Origin: an uncultured Thermococci archaeon
GTDB taxonomy: Archaea; Methanobacteriota_B; Thermococci; Thermococcales; Thermococcaceae
NCBI GenBank assembly: GCA_964615185.1
Contig: CAZTOS010000008.1
Location: 1 to 47,081, forward strand
Length of the DNA stretch: 47,081 nt
Direction: 5' to 3'
Part shown: positions 18,070 to 29,500 of the stretch, piece by piece
How positions within the stretch are numbered: position 1 is the stretch's first letter
Layout: every line of letters begins with the position of its first letter
Translations under genes and position numbers: made by a program
The notes under the pieces: model-generated
Seen by the model: the letters and a program-made list of their open reading frames with translations, nothing else
What the model was told of the DNA's origin: nothing
Database searches by the model: none

Positions 18070-18112
18070 AATATCACCATGGTAAGGTTAATCTCTTTCC
18101 TTAAAGCTTTTT

Positions 18113-18139
18113 TGGGTTTGATCAATTTACTCAAACCCA
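18113..18139. promoter_or_regulatory. Inverted repeat TGGGTTTGA-N9-TCAAACCCA in the divergent promoter region (candidate operator)
   Basis: Perfect 9-bp arms at 18113-18121 and 18131-18139. Confidence 0.5.
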
Positions 18140-18183
18140 GCTCGTAAGTATCAGTTTAGGTAAATTTAGCCTTAGGTGATGGC

Positions 18184-19809
18184 ATGAACACCAAAATTAT
18201 TGGTTCGGGGATTCTTGTTATACTGCTTGTGCTATCTATAGTGGGCTACGTCGGAGCCTTTGGAGGCGGAGGAGAAGGAAAGCTTGAGTATAAAGTCTAT
18301 TCAAAAGAGCAGATAATGTCTGGAGCATACAAAGTCTACGGCAATCCAAAGCTTGGCTTTTGGGTTGCAAAAGTTGTTCTTCACAACTCAGGAAACGGTG
18401 CAATAAAGAACATAAAGATAAAGTATTCAATTGACAACTACGCTTCAGAGACTGAGAAAAGCTACCCAATTCTTGTGCCCAATGGGACGATAGTTGATCT
18501 CTACTATCCGATTCTATCAAGTGAAGTTACCAAGCTTTCAGCCTCAACTCCCTCGAACATAAGGATAACCATAACCTACGAAGTGAGCGGAGAGACTAAA
18601 GAGGAGAGTGTAACAAAGTCTTTGAACATATTGGGAGTTAACGACTTCGTATTTTCTTCACTCAGTCCAGAGGAAAGCACCGGTAGCTTTTATGACACCT
18701 TCAGCAACGCTCCGCTTTTAGCGGCTTGGGTCACCCCAAGTGACCCAGTTGTCAGGGAGTTCGCTGACATGGGCAACAAACTGGCAGGGGGAGCTGGAGC
18801 AAGTTTAAGTGATGAAGAAGCCATCAAAAGCCTCAGCGGCATGTGGGCTCTGGCTGTGATGAACGGCTTCTCATACAAAACTGAAGGTGAAGGCTACTGG
18901 ACTGGCAAGTTTTCCGAGCATATAATGTTTCCACGTGACGTGATCAGGGATAAGAGCGGAACCTGCGTTGATTTAGCGTTGTGGTTTGCTTCTCTGGCAA
19001 TGTCTCAGGGTCTCAAAGCGTATATCGTTTTGATGCCGGGGCATGCCTTCCCCCTGATAGAGCTGCCCAGCGGAGCAATAATTCCCGTTGAAGCAACGGC
19101 GATAAATGCGGGCGTTTCGTTCCAGGAAGCTGTGCAGGTTGGCATAGAAAAGACCTGGCAGGAAGCCATGAGTGGACCGCATATAATCATCAACATTGCG
19201 GAAATGCACAGTGAAGGGATAGTTCCTCCCGAACTGCCTCAACTTCCTGCTGACATACTGAGCAAGTGGGGGATAACACTACAGCCCACTGGTGGAGGCA
19301 CAACCGGTGGTGTAACCGGGGGTACTGGAGGTACAGGAGGAACGGGAGAAACAGGAGGCGAAACGGGTGGAACAACTGGTGGAGGCACACAAACCCAATG
19401 GAACACCTATCTCGGGAACTACTTCTCCTTCGACTATCCCGCTAACTGGGATGCTCCCGAAGATTATGGAGGCTACGTCTACTTGCTGAGCCCCGATGGA
19501 GAATTTGAGTTTCTAGTAATTTACTCGTCGGGCGCAAGTGTTCAGGATATGGTTTATGCCTTTGAGCAGAGCTTAGCCAATATGGGGGCAACGATAAAAG
19601 ATAGGCAGGAAACCCAGGCAAGCATAGCCGGTCAAACAGTTTACACCGTTCTCTATACCATTGACACAGGCTATGGGGACTACTCAGCAGTTGCAAGGTA
19701 CTTCACGGCAAATGGAATTGGGTTTGCAGTTGTTTACGACTTCCCGGCTGGTAATAGTGAGTACAACCAGTTGGGTGAATACATTGTGAGCACCTTTAAG
19801 TTGAGGTGA
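18184..19809 (+). CDS. Secreted/membrane-anchored transglutaminase-like (Cys-His) protein with Gly/Thr linker and PsbP-like C-terminal domain
   Basis: N-terminal TM/signal; FPRDVI...SGTCVDLA...PGHAF...VEAT; FSFDYPANW opening a PsbP/Mog1-like fold. Confidence 0.75.
   Translation: MNTKIIGSGILVILLVLSIVGYVGAFGGGGEGKLEYKVYSKEQIMSGAYKVYGNPKLGFWVAKVVLHNSGNGAIKNIKIKYSIDNYASETEKSYPILVPNGTIVDLYYPILSSEVTKLSASTPSNIRITITYEVSGETKEESVTKSLNILGVNDFVFSSLSPEESTGSFYDTFSNAPLLAAWVTPSDPVVREFADMGNKLAGGAGASLSDEEAIKSLSGMWALAVMNGFSYKTEGEGYWTGKFSEHIMFPRDVIRDKSGTCVDLALWFASLAMSQGLKAYIVLMPGHAFPLIELPSGAIIPVEATAINAGVSFQEAVQVGIEKTWQEAMSGPHIIINIAEMHSEGIVPPELPQLPADILSKWGITLQPTGGGTTGGVTGGTGGTGGTGETGGETGGTTGGGTQTQWNTYLGNYFSFDYPANWDAPEDYGGYVYLLSPDGEFEFLVIYSSGASVQDMVYAFEQSLANMGATIKDRQETQASIAGQTVYTVLYTIDTGYGDYSAVARYFTANGIGFAVVYDFPAGNSEYNQLGEYIVSTFKLR
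19285..19395 (+). repeat. Low-complexity Gly/Thr linker (GGT-type peptide repeats)
   Basis: PTGGGTTGGVTGGTGGTGGTGETGGETGGTTGGGTQ. Confidence 0.85.
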
Positions 19810-19814
19810 TGGAA

Positions 19815-20435
19815 ATGAGGAAGGTTCTGGTTTTATTCTTCCTTCTGCTCCTTCCTTTGGCTGTGGCTCAGGAGATAAAGATAGTGGAGTTCAAGATTGA
19901 CGGTACCATGAAGGTCACGATTGATGAGGTTGGCAATGCCCATGTTACTGAAGTGTGGAAGTTCACCCCAAACCTCTACCTCCAGATGAAGCAGGCTTAT
20001 CCAACGACGTACATGCTGAAGAGAGAATTTGAGAACAAGAGGAGCGATACGGAGTACAAGAATATGAAGATTGAATGGGATGACTCCAATAACCAGATTA
20101 AAGCCACATACGTAATGCTTGGAGCTGCTGTGAATAAGGGCTCCTACTGGGAATTCAAGCTTGGGGAAAACGACTTAACCCTTTCGACACAGACAGGAAA
20201 TACGGTTGTTCTCACGTCAGTTCAGCCCCTCCTTGGGGGACAGGGTAGATTGGTCGAGACAATCACAGTTGTCCTGCCTGAGGATGCAAAGAACATCCAC
20301 TTTGAAAACGGGGTCATTAAGTACGAGCTTTCATATAAGGAAAGCAGCAAGAATCCCATTTTCTTAGCCCTTGCGGGAGTTGCAGTGATAGGTCTTATGG
20401 TTCTCAACATCCCTCTAAAGAGGGAAAGGCAATGA
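19815..20435 (+). CDS. Exported protein with signal peptide and C-terminal membrane anchor, function unknown
   Basis: MRKVLVLFFLLLLPLAVA signal; beta-rich body; C-terminal TM; GAGGTGA RBS. Confidence 0.8.
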   Translation: MRKVLVLFFLLLLPLAVAQEIKIVEFKIDGTMKVTIDEVGNAHVTEVWKFTPNLYLQMKQAYPTTYMLKREFENKRSDTEYKNMKIEWDDSNNQIKATYVMLGAAVNKGSYWEFKLGENDLTLSTQTGNTVVLTSVQPLLGGQGRLVETITVVLPEDAKNIHFENGVIKYELSYKESSKNPIFLALAGVAVIGLMVLNIPLKRERQ

Positions 20436-20578
20436 TCAGGGAGATAAAGAAGGAGCTCGTGGAGTACATAAGCAGAAGTACTGGGATAGATAAGAAGACT
20501 GTTATCAAGGTGCTGAGAGCTGAAGAGGCTTTTTTCATGATGCAGATTCAAAAAGCCCTTGAAAAAGGAAAAATGTAG
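20432..20578 (+). CDS. 48-aa protein resembling the helical N-terminus of HU/IHF (MIREIKKELVEYISRSTGIDKKTVIKVLRAEEAFFMMQIQKALEKGKM)
   Basis: ATGA overlap with the upstream stop; fills the gap up to the RBS of the giant gene; not in the ORF track. Confidence 0.75.
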   Translation: MIREIKKELVEYISRSTGIDKKTVIKVLRAEEAFFMMQIQKALEKGKM

Positions 20579-20589
20579 GGGGTAGGAAG

Positions 20590-23500
20590 ATGAGAAGGGT
20601 TATAGCTTTTGGTGTTATGCTCCTACTCCTCTTCTCAACTTTCTCATACCCATTCTTTATTGCTGAAGCTAAGGGGATTAATCTTAATAGTAAAAACAGC
20701 AAACATGAAACAGAAGTCCGTTCCCCTTCTCAGGCACATAGTTCAGATGTCCCGGATATAGCAGTGGGAGAGGTCTATTATTTGTATGTCAACAATACTC
20801 ATATGAGGGTTTACGCTAACATAACGAACTATGGAGAAGATTCAGAAGCATTTAACGTAACTTTCAAGGTTATTTTGCCTCAAAATCTGCCTCAACCAGC
20901 TCAAATTCCATTCAAATGGATAAACATAACATCCGAGTTGCAAAATGCAAGTGAGGTGCATTTGGGGGATTATATTGAAGGAGGAAATGCTGTTCTAAAA
21001 GCAGACGATGGCTTTTTTGTGTACAAGCTACCATTTACTCTGAACTATTTTGGCAGGGAAATAGTTAATATCTCGGTGAGTACAAACGGCCATATAGAAC
21101 TTTTAGGCAAATGGGAGGAACCTAAGCTTGGGGATGAGTATGGTACTCACGAGGATATGTTATACCAATACAGTGATGTGATATTCGCCCTCGACGATGA
21201 TCTTGAGACAGAGGATGGCTACCTGGCAGTTGTACAGTTCGGGGATAAGGTTGTTGTAGAGTGGCTCGGTTCTACATATGAGGATTATGACTCATCCCAA
21301 TATCCGGTGCACTTTCAAGTGGTCATTTTCAGAAATGGGACAATCAGGTGGAGCTATAACCTTCTCAGATATTCCGACTACAGTTACGATCTCTTCGCTG
21401 GATATTACTCGAAAGTTTCCATGGAGGAAAATGCAGTACCCAAGGCTGAAAGGAAGAGCTTTGAAGTTCAGCTTCCTGATATATCTCCATCCATATTTAA
21501 GGTCTCCATCTCCGGACTCTCTAACGGGGCAAGCACGGAAGTGTACATTACCCTGCCCATCCAAGATGTCTATGTAAAGGTAATTGCCGATGATGAAGAG
21601 ATCCTAAATGAATCTTACCGTTATGATAACGTTAGAGACATTGGAATATGGCCCGGGGACTACTGGATTGAAAACGTAACAATTGGCAATATGACGGTTG
21701 GAGAGTACACAACTATAAACGTCACAGTTAAAACGACATCTCACCATCCAGATGATGCACTCATAGGTTTAATGCTTAATAATCAAACGATTTGGAGAGG
21801 ATACATTAGTTGGGACGAATTTATAAATGGGATTTCCCAAAAGACCATTTTGTGGAGAGTTCAGGGAGGGGAATATGACCTACGTCTGCGGGTATATGCC
21901 CAAGGGGATTTGAATACAAGCAACAACTACTATTACATTGGTCACTACTCCCTACCTCAACCAAACTTTAGGATTGTGAACTATTCAATTGAAATCCCTC
22001 AGTGTGTGGGTTCTCAAGCTGTAATAAGGGCAAACATAACCAATGATGGTGATGGGAGCTGGAGTTATGTATCCGTGAGATTTACTGTAGGTTATGAAAC
22101 TCCAGAATCATTTTGGACAACTGTACTTGTTCCAACAGGCGAAGTGGTGCAAGCCCAGGTTAGCTTTGATGTATCACCAGGAAACATAAGCTGGATTCAC
22201 ATTGAAATTGACCCATACAACTCAGTTTTTGAGAGCAATGAGAGCGACAATTATGTCAATGTAACCTATGTTATGAGCATACCCTACCCGGATTTTACTG
22301 TTGACTCACTAAGTGTGCCGGATAATTTAGCAGCAGGTAATGTTTACGAGATAAATGCCACAATCCTTAACATTGGTGGCTGTTATGATGGGGAGGTAAG
22401 AGTTAATTTATATGAAGAAAATTATAGGGTTGCTTACAAGTACGTCACGCCAAATACAACGGTGAGTTTCTTATGGAGACCGAGGGGAATGGGATACAGA
22501 AACTTAAGCGTTGTTGTGAATTCATACCATAGCCTCGTTGAAAGTAACTACTCAAATAACGCGCTTTCGAGAGTTGTCTATGTTCAAGGGCCGGACCTAA
22601 TAATCACCAACGTTACATTGGTAAGATTCGATGGTATTGCTGGGAGTGGGGCAGTGTTTAACGTAACTATCAAGAATCTGGGAGAAGCATTTACCTCAGG
22701 CTTCTACATTAGAACAAGAAATGCACTCTACAATGACTATACCTATATCTCTGGGGGGCTTAAAAAAGGTGAGGAAAGGTGGACGCTACTTGAACCCATT
22801 CTAAACGGTGGTAACTACAGCTTGGTTTTTGTAGCAGATTATTGGAATGATATACCTGAGGCTAATGAGTCCAACAACATCTACTCCTATCCAATCAATA
22901 TTCCCATGCCTAATTTCGTCATTGAAAAGGTTGAACTTCCAAACAACACGGTTGGTGAGATCCCTATCAATGTCACGATAAAGAACGTGGGAGCACCGTT
23001 TAACGCCTCTGAGAAATACATTGTAGTTAAGGCAATATATGGGGAGTATGGGCAAGAGAATATATATATTGACGGATTCCTTGATACCAATGAAACAGCC
23101 TCAGGAGAAACCACTGTCAAGATTCAAGCTCCCGGAGCTATTTTCAACGTAACCGTGAATCCATATGGAGACATAAACGAGACCTCATACTCTGACAACA
23201 GTCATATTTTCAACTACACGACCGGATATCCTGACTTAATTGTTGAAATTAGTGTTCCCGAAAACATCTCAGCTGGCGAATCAAAAACCGTGAACTTCAC
23301 GGTAAGGAACACAGGGAATGCAACGCTAAGCGTACTTCATGGCTCGTGGTATTACCGATATCTCCCCCTTTCAGTCATAATCTATTATGAGAACGGGGAT
23401 TACAGGGAATTTAAATATGAGCTTGCTCCAATTGTGTTGAAACCCGGTGATGAGACTACACGACAGGTAAGTATTTTCTTCAACGGAGGGGTCAATGTAA

Positions 23501-26500
23501 TCAACGCCACCGTAGATGCCAATGATAGATGGGTTGAGAGCAATGAAACTAACAACAATGTTTCACTTGCAATCGATGTTGGAAAGCCTGATTTTATGAT
23601 AGTGGATTACTCGATTTCCCAGGAGGTCATCAATGGAACAGCTTATCTCTATAAGAGCTATCCGATTAAGGTTAACATCACTAACTTGGAGGCGAGCTAC
23701 GAGAATTATATTTACGTTGGGCTCTACGACGTTGAAGAGGATTCATGGTGGAGTACGTGGATTTACAAGCTTTCCCCCGGAGAGACAAAGGAAGCCACGG
23801 TTTATTACTATCCATATCCAGGAAACCATACCTTGATTTTGAGTGCTGATTATAGGAATGAAATCGTCGAAAGTCATGAGAATAATAACAACGTGACACT
23901 TGGAACGCTCACCTTTGGAAAGCCTGAACTCGTCCCCATTGGAGTGACTTGGGAGCCATACAACTTCACGGCTGGAGAAAAGGTTGTATTTTCAGCATTT
24001 GTTGAGAATCTGGGGCAACGCTTTTATAGGTACTTCACAGTTCGCTTCGAAATCTACAATGGAACAGATGTGATAGCTTATGGAAATGGGTATCCATCCC
24101 CATATTCTTGGTACTTCGACACGAACGAAACCAAGGAGTTCAGGTGGACGTGGTACAATGCAAAGCCCGGCAACTTGACGTTGAAGGTAATCATTGACTA
24201 CTATAATGATTTGCCCGAGCTCAACGAAACGAACAACGAACTGGTTGCCAATTTGGGTTCAATAGGAACTCCAGACTTCTACGTTCACAACTTGACTGTC
24301 GAAGACTTGGCCTACGGAAGGTATGCAGTCATAAAAGCGAACATTACGAATCTTGGGGAGGGCATATACAGGCCGATAGAAGTTGGGCTCAAAATCAACG
24401 ACTACTCCACTTATCAGTACATCTACGGGATTGAGGCGAATGAAACAAAAAAAGTTGAATTCAGGTGGTACGTGAGCAAAGCTGGAAAGATGAACATAAG
24501 CATAACAGCAGATCCCTACGATGAGATAAGCGAAATCAATGAGGACAACAATCAGGTTAACGGCACTTACTACGTTGAAGCTCCAGATTTAACAATTTCA
24601 AGCTATGAATGGATTGAAGAGGATGTATCAAGGAGATACATAACGTTCAAGCTCAACGTAACAAATATAGGTGGCGATGATTATAAGAGCTTTTATGTTG
24701 GGGCTTATGTAGACAACGAGACGTATCCAAAGGCAAGTGTGTCGATAAATTCTATCAAGAAGAATGAAACTAAGGAGGTAATCCTCCAATGGGCTGTGGA
24801 TGAGAGGGGAGGGCATAACGTAACTCTAAAGGTTGATGCATACAATGCCGTCTTAGAAAGCAGAGAGGACAACAATGAAGTCAGGACATCCTATTACATT
24901 GAAGAGCCTGACCTCAGCGTGGAAAGTGTAAGTGTGGAAGGAGACATGATTGCTGGAAACTTGGTGACATTCCACGTTACGGTAAAGAACTTGGGTGGAT
25001 TCTTTAGTGACACTGTTCACTTTCTCATTTATAGAGAGGACACGCCCATTAAGAACGCAAGCTATACGCTCACATTGGGCAAGAATGTTTCCAAAATAAT
25101 CCACCTATCGGGAGTTAGACTCGATGCAGGAGTGCACAATTACACCGTAAAGTTAATTCCTTCAATTTCTGAGAAGAGCTTAGCCAATAACAAAAGAACC
25201 ATAACCCTATCAACGCCAGTTCCGGATTTGGAAATTCAAATACTTAATGGAGTGGACGAGATAAGCGTTGGGATGAATAAGATAGACCTCAGACTTGTGT
25301 CGCACAACGCTCCGGCAAGGTACGTTGCAGTAAAGCTCACAGTGAAGCAGGGAAACAAAACGAGAGAAATCTTGGTTCCATACTCATATTTCAATCCACT
25401 ATGGAACCTTGAGAGAGATGATATTTATGAAAAAACGGTTGAGATAACACTCGATCCTGGAGAGTATGAAATCTCTGCTTTAATTGACAGCGACAACGTG
25501 ATAGCTGAAGAGAACGAGGACAACAACAGGGACTCATTGAGCGGCTACCTCAGTGCCCCCGATTTAAGGATCACGGGATTGAGGATTTTGGGAAAGACCT
25601 ACATAGGAGCAAAACTTTACTACCTCTTCAACATAACCAACAATGGCGGTTTTGTTAGGGGTGTACCAATAAGGTACGAGGTTTGGAGGAATGGGGAAAA
25701 ACTGTGGATTGTGGAGGACACTGGGGGTACAATTTATCAAATCGAGGAAAACTCATGGAGGGAATATGACTTTGACAACACCAATCTCTACGCTGGCAAC
25801 TTAACCATTAAAGCATGGGTTGATCCGGGGAACGTGATTGAGGAAAGCAATGAGAGCAACAACTACTTTGAGACCAACATAACCGTTGAGCCCATAGATG
25901 CTCAGGTAGTTGACGTTGAGCTTCCGGAGATAGAGCACTATGGATGGTATGAGGGTAATGTAACAATAAAGAACATTGGTATAAACGGTTTCTCCTCCCC
26001 ATACAGGATACTCATATGTGCAAGGATTGTACTCGGAGGAGAGGGCAAGATCATTCATGCATCATCAAGAGAATGCATTCAACAACTGATGTCGGGTGAA
26101 GAAGCTAAGGTGCCGTTCAGATTTAGGGTTGATGCCCCCAAGATTCACCACATAAGTGTCCAGCTCTTCCCCATAATATATCTGGGTTCATTTCCAGTTC
26201 CCTTCCCACCGGAGTGGATGAATAACTTTGACTCAAACTTCACGAACAACATGCTTATTAAAGAGCTTAACATAAGTGTTCCCTCTCCCGATCTGGTTAT
26301 AGTGAACTACACCTATTCACCCAAGAATGCAACCGAAAGGGAGCCAATAAGCTTCAACGTTACGGTTAGGAACATAGGGGATGGTATTTCATTCGAATCA
26401 TACATAAGGCTGAAGTTCGGCAACAGCTATGCCTACCTAAGCAATGCGAGAATTCCAGCTTTAGAGCCCAATGAGGAATACACACTCTCATTTACTGCCA

Positions 26501-29500
26501 AGAGAAGTAGAGAGTCACCCTATGGAATCTACGATGGAAACATTACCCTAATGATAAATAGCAACTTCATCGAGAAGAATTTAACCAACAACGAGGTGCA
26601 CTTCACGATCCCCATCAAAAGGATACCGATTTTGGTTGTAGACAGTAGGTATATTAGCCTTGACAGAGAGGTTGTCATAACGAGACCCTCTGTATTGACT
26701 GTTCCGATAAGGAACTACGGTCATGTTGGAGCAAATGTGACGATAGCATCTGAATTTGTAACCTTTGAAGAGTTTTACATGCCACCAGTCTCTTCAAAAT
26801 ACATCGAGGGAACAGTCTTAATCCCAGAGAACAGGAGTGATTTGGTTGGTAAATTTATTACCCTTGAGATGAGCCTCAGTGCTCCATACAACCACTTCAC
26901 GTTTACCAAGTCTGTTGAAGTTCACAGCGGTGCCGAGCCGAAGGATTTGGTTCCAAAGGATAAGGACATAGTCAATAGAGTTCTCTTCTACTGGAGAACG
27001 GAGCTGCCCTCCAACGGAACCCTCTACTACAGAAAGGTTGGAGATGAAAACTGGACAAAGGTAGATATGGGCGAAGGAAACGTTCACACAGCCTTGTTTG
27101 ACGTTGAATATAAGAGATGGTATGAGTACTACATTGTCAGCTGGAATCGCTTTGGAAATCACACGAGTGAAATAAGGAAGTTCTACACGTTCAGATCACT
27201 TGGCTTTGAGAAATCGGAGTATTACTTCAAAGTTAAGAGAGACTACAACCAGTTCCGTACATTAAATGTGCTGAATCCATTTGATGAGGACTACAGGGCA
27301 GAGGCCGTCATAGAGAGCACGTATCCAGACATAGCTGTAGGATTCATAACCGATTACAGCTCTTCATGGACAGCTGAAAGGTTCTTCCGCGCTCATTCAA
27401 ATACCTCCCTAACTTTGGGCATGCACTTCCAGGATGCGAGGCAGTGGAACTACGCCCTATTGGTATCTCTCCAAGATGAGAGAGGGATCAAGGATTATGC
27501 AATAGTTAGGGTTGAGCTTGAGCCCGTTGTTTTCAACATAACCTACAACATAATAGATGAGAACCCCTACACCCTAACAAAGACCGTGGAGCTGATAAAC
27601 AATGGAGGTAACATAACCGACTTCTATCTGCACCACAGCGATAAAGTCGTCGTTGACCCTGAGCTGCTTCACTTCAACTTCAGGGAAGAGGAGAAAGTCG
27701 TCGTTAAGATAACTCCAGTTTTGAGCGAGAACTTCACCTCACATACCGAGGTGATAAGGCTAACCGGCGCAAATCAGGAGAGCAATTTCACATTAAGTTT
27801 CGAAGTTCCGGAAGGAAAGAAGGTATTCAAGATTACACCAAACATCACAGTGGAGTTCTTCTATCCGGACCACAATCCAGCCACGAATCCAAGCGGTTTG
27901 GTTCCATCCTATCTCTACAATGGCACTCCCTACTTCGTAGGCACGGTTTACGTTAGGGTTAAGGCATATGGGGTTCCGCTGTCCTCAATGAACGTAACGC
28001 TTGTACTGAGGAACTCAACCGATGAAGTCGTTGATTATGCCACAACAGACATGCTTGGTGTGGCAACATTCCACATCATTGCAAAGGGAGGGGAGAGATA
28101 CTCGTACATGGCGAAACTTAGCGATGATATAACGACCGAGTGGAGAAGCTTCGAGGTGAACATGACACCGGTAAAGACTATACTTCCTCAGGAGATAGAA
28201 ATCGAAATGATCGATTCCGAAGGTAATAATGGAACTGTACTCTTAAATTCACCATATATAATCAAAGCCTATCTCCCGAATCTGAGCCAGATTTACAATA
28301 ATAGAACGCTGGCTCTGCTAAAGATAAGGAAGCTTTCATTCCCAGCAACAAGTTGGGTATACGTGGGAGAATTTAAAGGAGATCACATAGAATTCAACGT
28401 AACGAACCTGGTGTTTGGACTGTATGAGGGCAGGGTCTACCTGGAGAACTCTATGGTCTATGCAACCTCAAAGCCATTCATGTTCCTATCAGCGCCAACA
28501 AACTTCACCTCCTTACCCAGAACGGCAATCTACGCCTTTAGACAAGACTTCAATGGCTCCATAGTAGCCATGACCTATGAAGAAACCGTGAGCGACGAGA
28601 ACAAGAAAATATTCATTTACAATGTTGTCCCATATGATGAGACCCATGTTAACTTAACCCTAATGATCTACACCACAGAGAACACAACCGATACACTGAC
28701 CTTCAAGATGTTCGACAGCGACAACAATACCATCTACTACCTCAGAAGGAACTACACCCTAACGGCCCCACTTACACTCATAAGCTTGATAGTTCCCAAA
28801 GAGGCCAGCAGATATGAGGTGTCACTTGATGATCCTTTGAACATTGGCGGAGTATGGAGGAGCATAGTGCAAGCAGGAGGCGAACTCTGGGGTGAGACGA
28901 AGGGTTTCGCCTATGAGGTAACACACATGTCTGCCAAAGACTGGGGAGAAACCCTTTATCTTATGGCAAGGGAAGGCATTCTGACTCCCAACACAAAAGC
29001 TGGAGTAATTGTGATGTGTGCGGTGGAGGTTATCCCTGGATTTGGAAATGCAGTTGGAACAGCTGGACTTGCCTCAGATCTCCTTTCAGCAGCGTTGAAG
29101 AAAGATATGTGGGGAATGGGAGTTGTTGGGTTTAAGAAGGTTACTGGAAGTATAAAAGAGTATGCAGAAGGTCTTGTTAAGGACGCTGCTGCTGGTTACA
29201 ATGAGCTGTTTGAGTATGTAAAGGAGTATCGCCGTGCCCTGAGAAAGCGTGACACTGAGCTCATGGAGGAAATCCTCAAAAGAATTGATCTGCTGATACT
29301 GGAGAATCCTGACAGTCTCATGAGGATGAGAACGGCACTGGCACTTTCTGAAGACATCTTGCCCTCAGTTAAAGTAATTGAGACTACCTCTGAGACAAAG
29401 GTCATCCTGAATCCAGGATTTAGAGGTGCTGAGAGTATAATGAAGATGAAGAGCAAGGAATTTGGGAACTACCTTAAGTGGACGATAATAAGAGAAGCAA

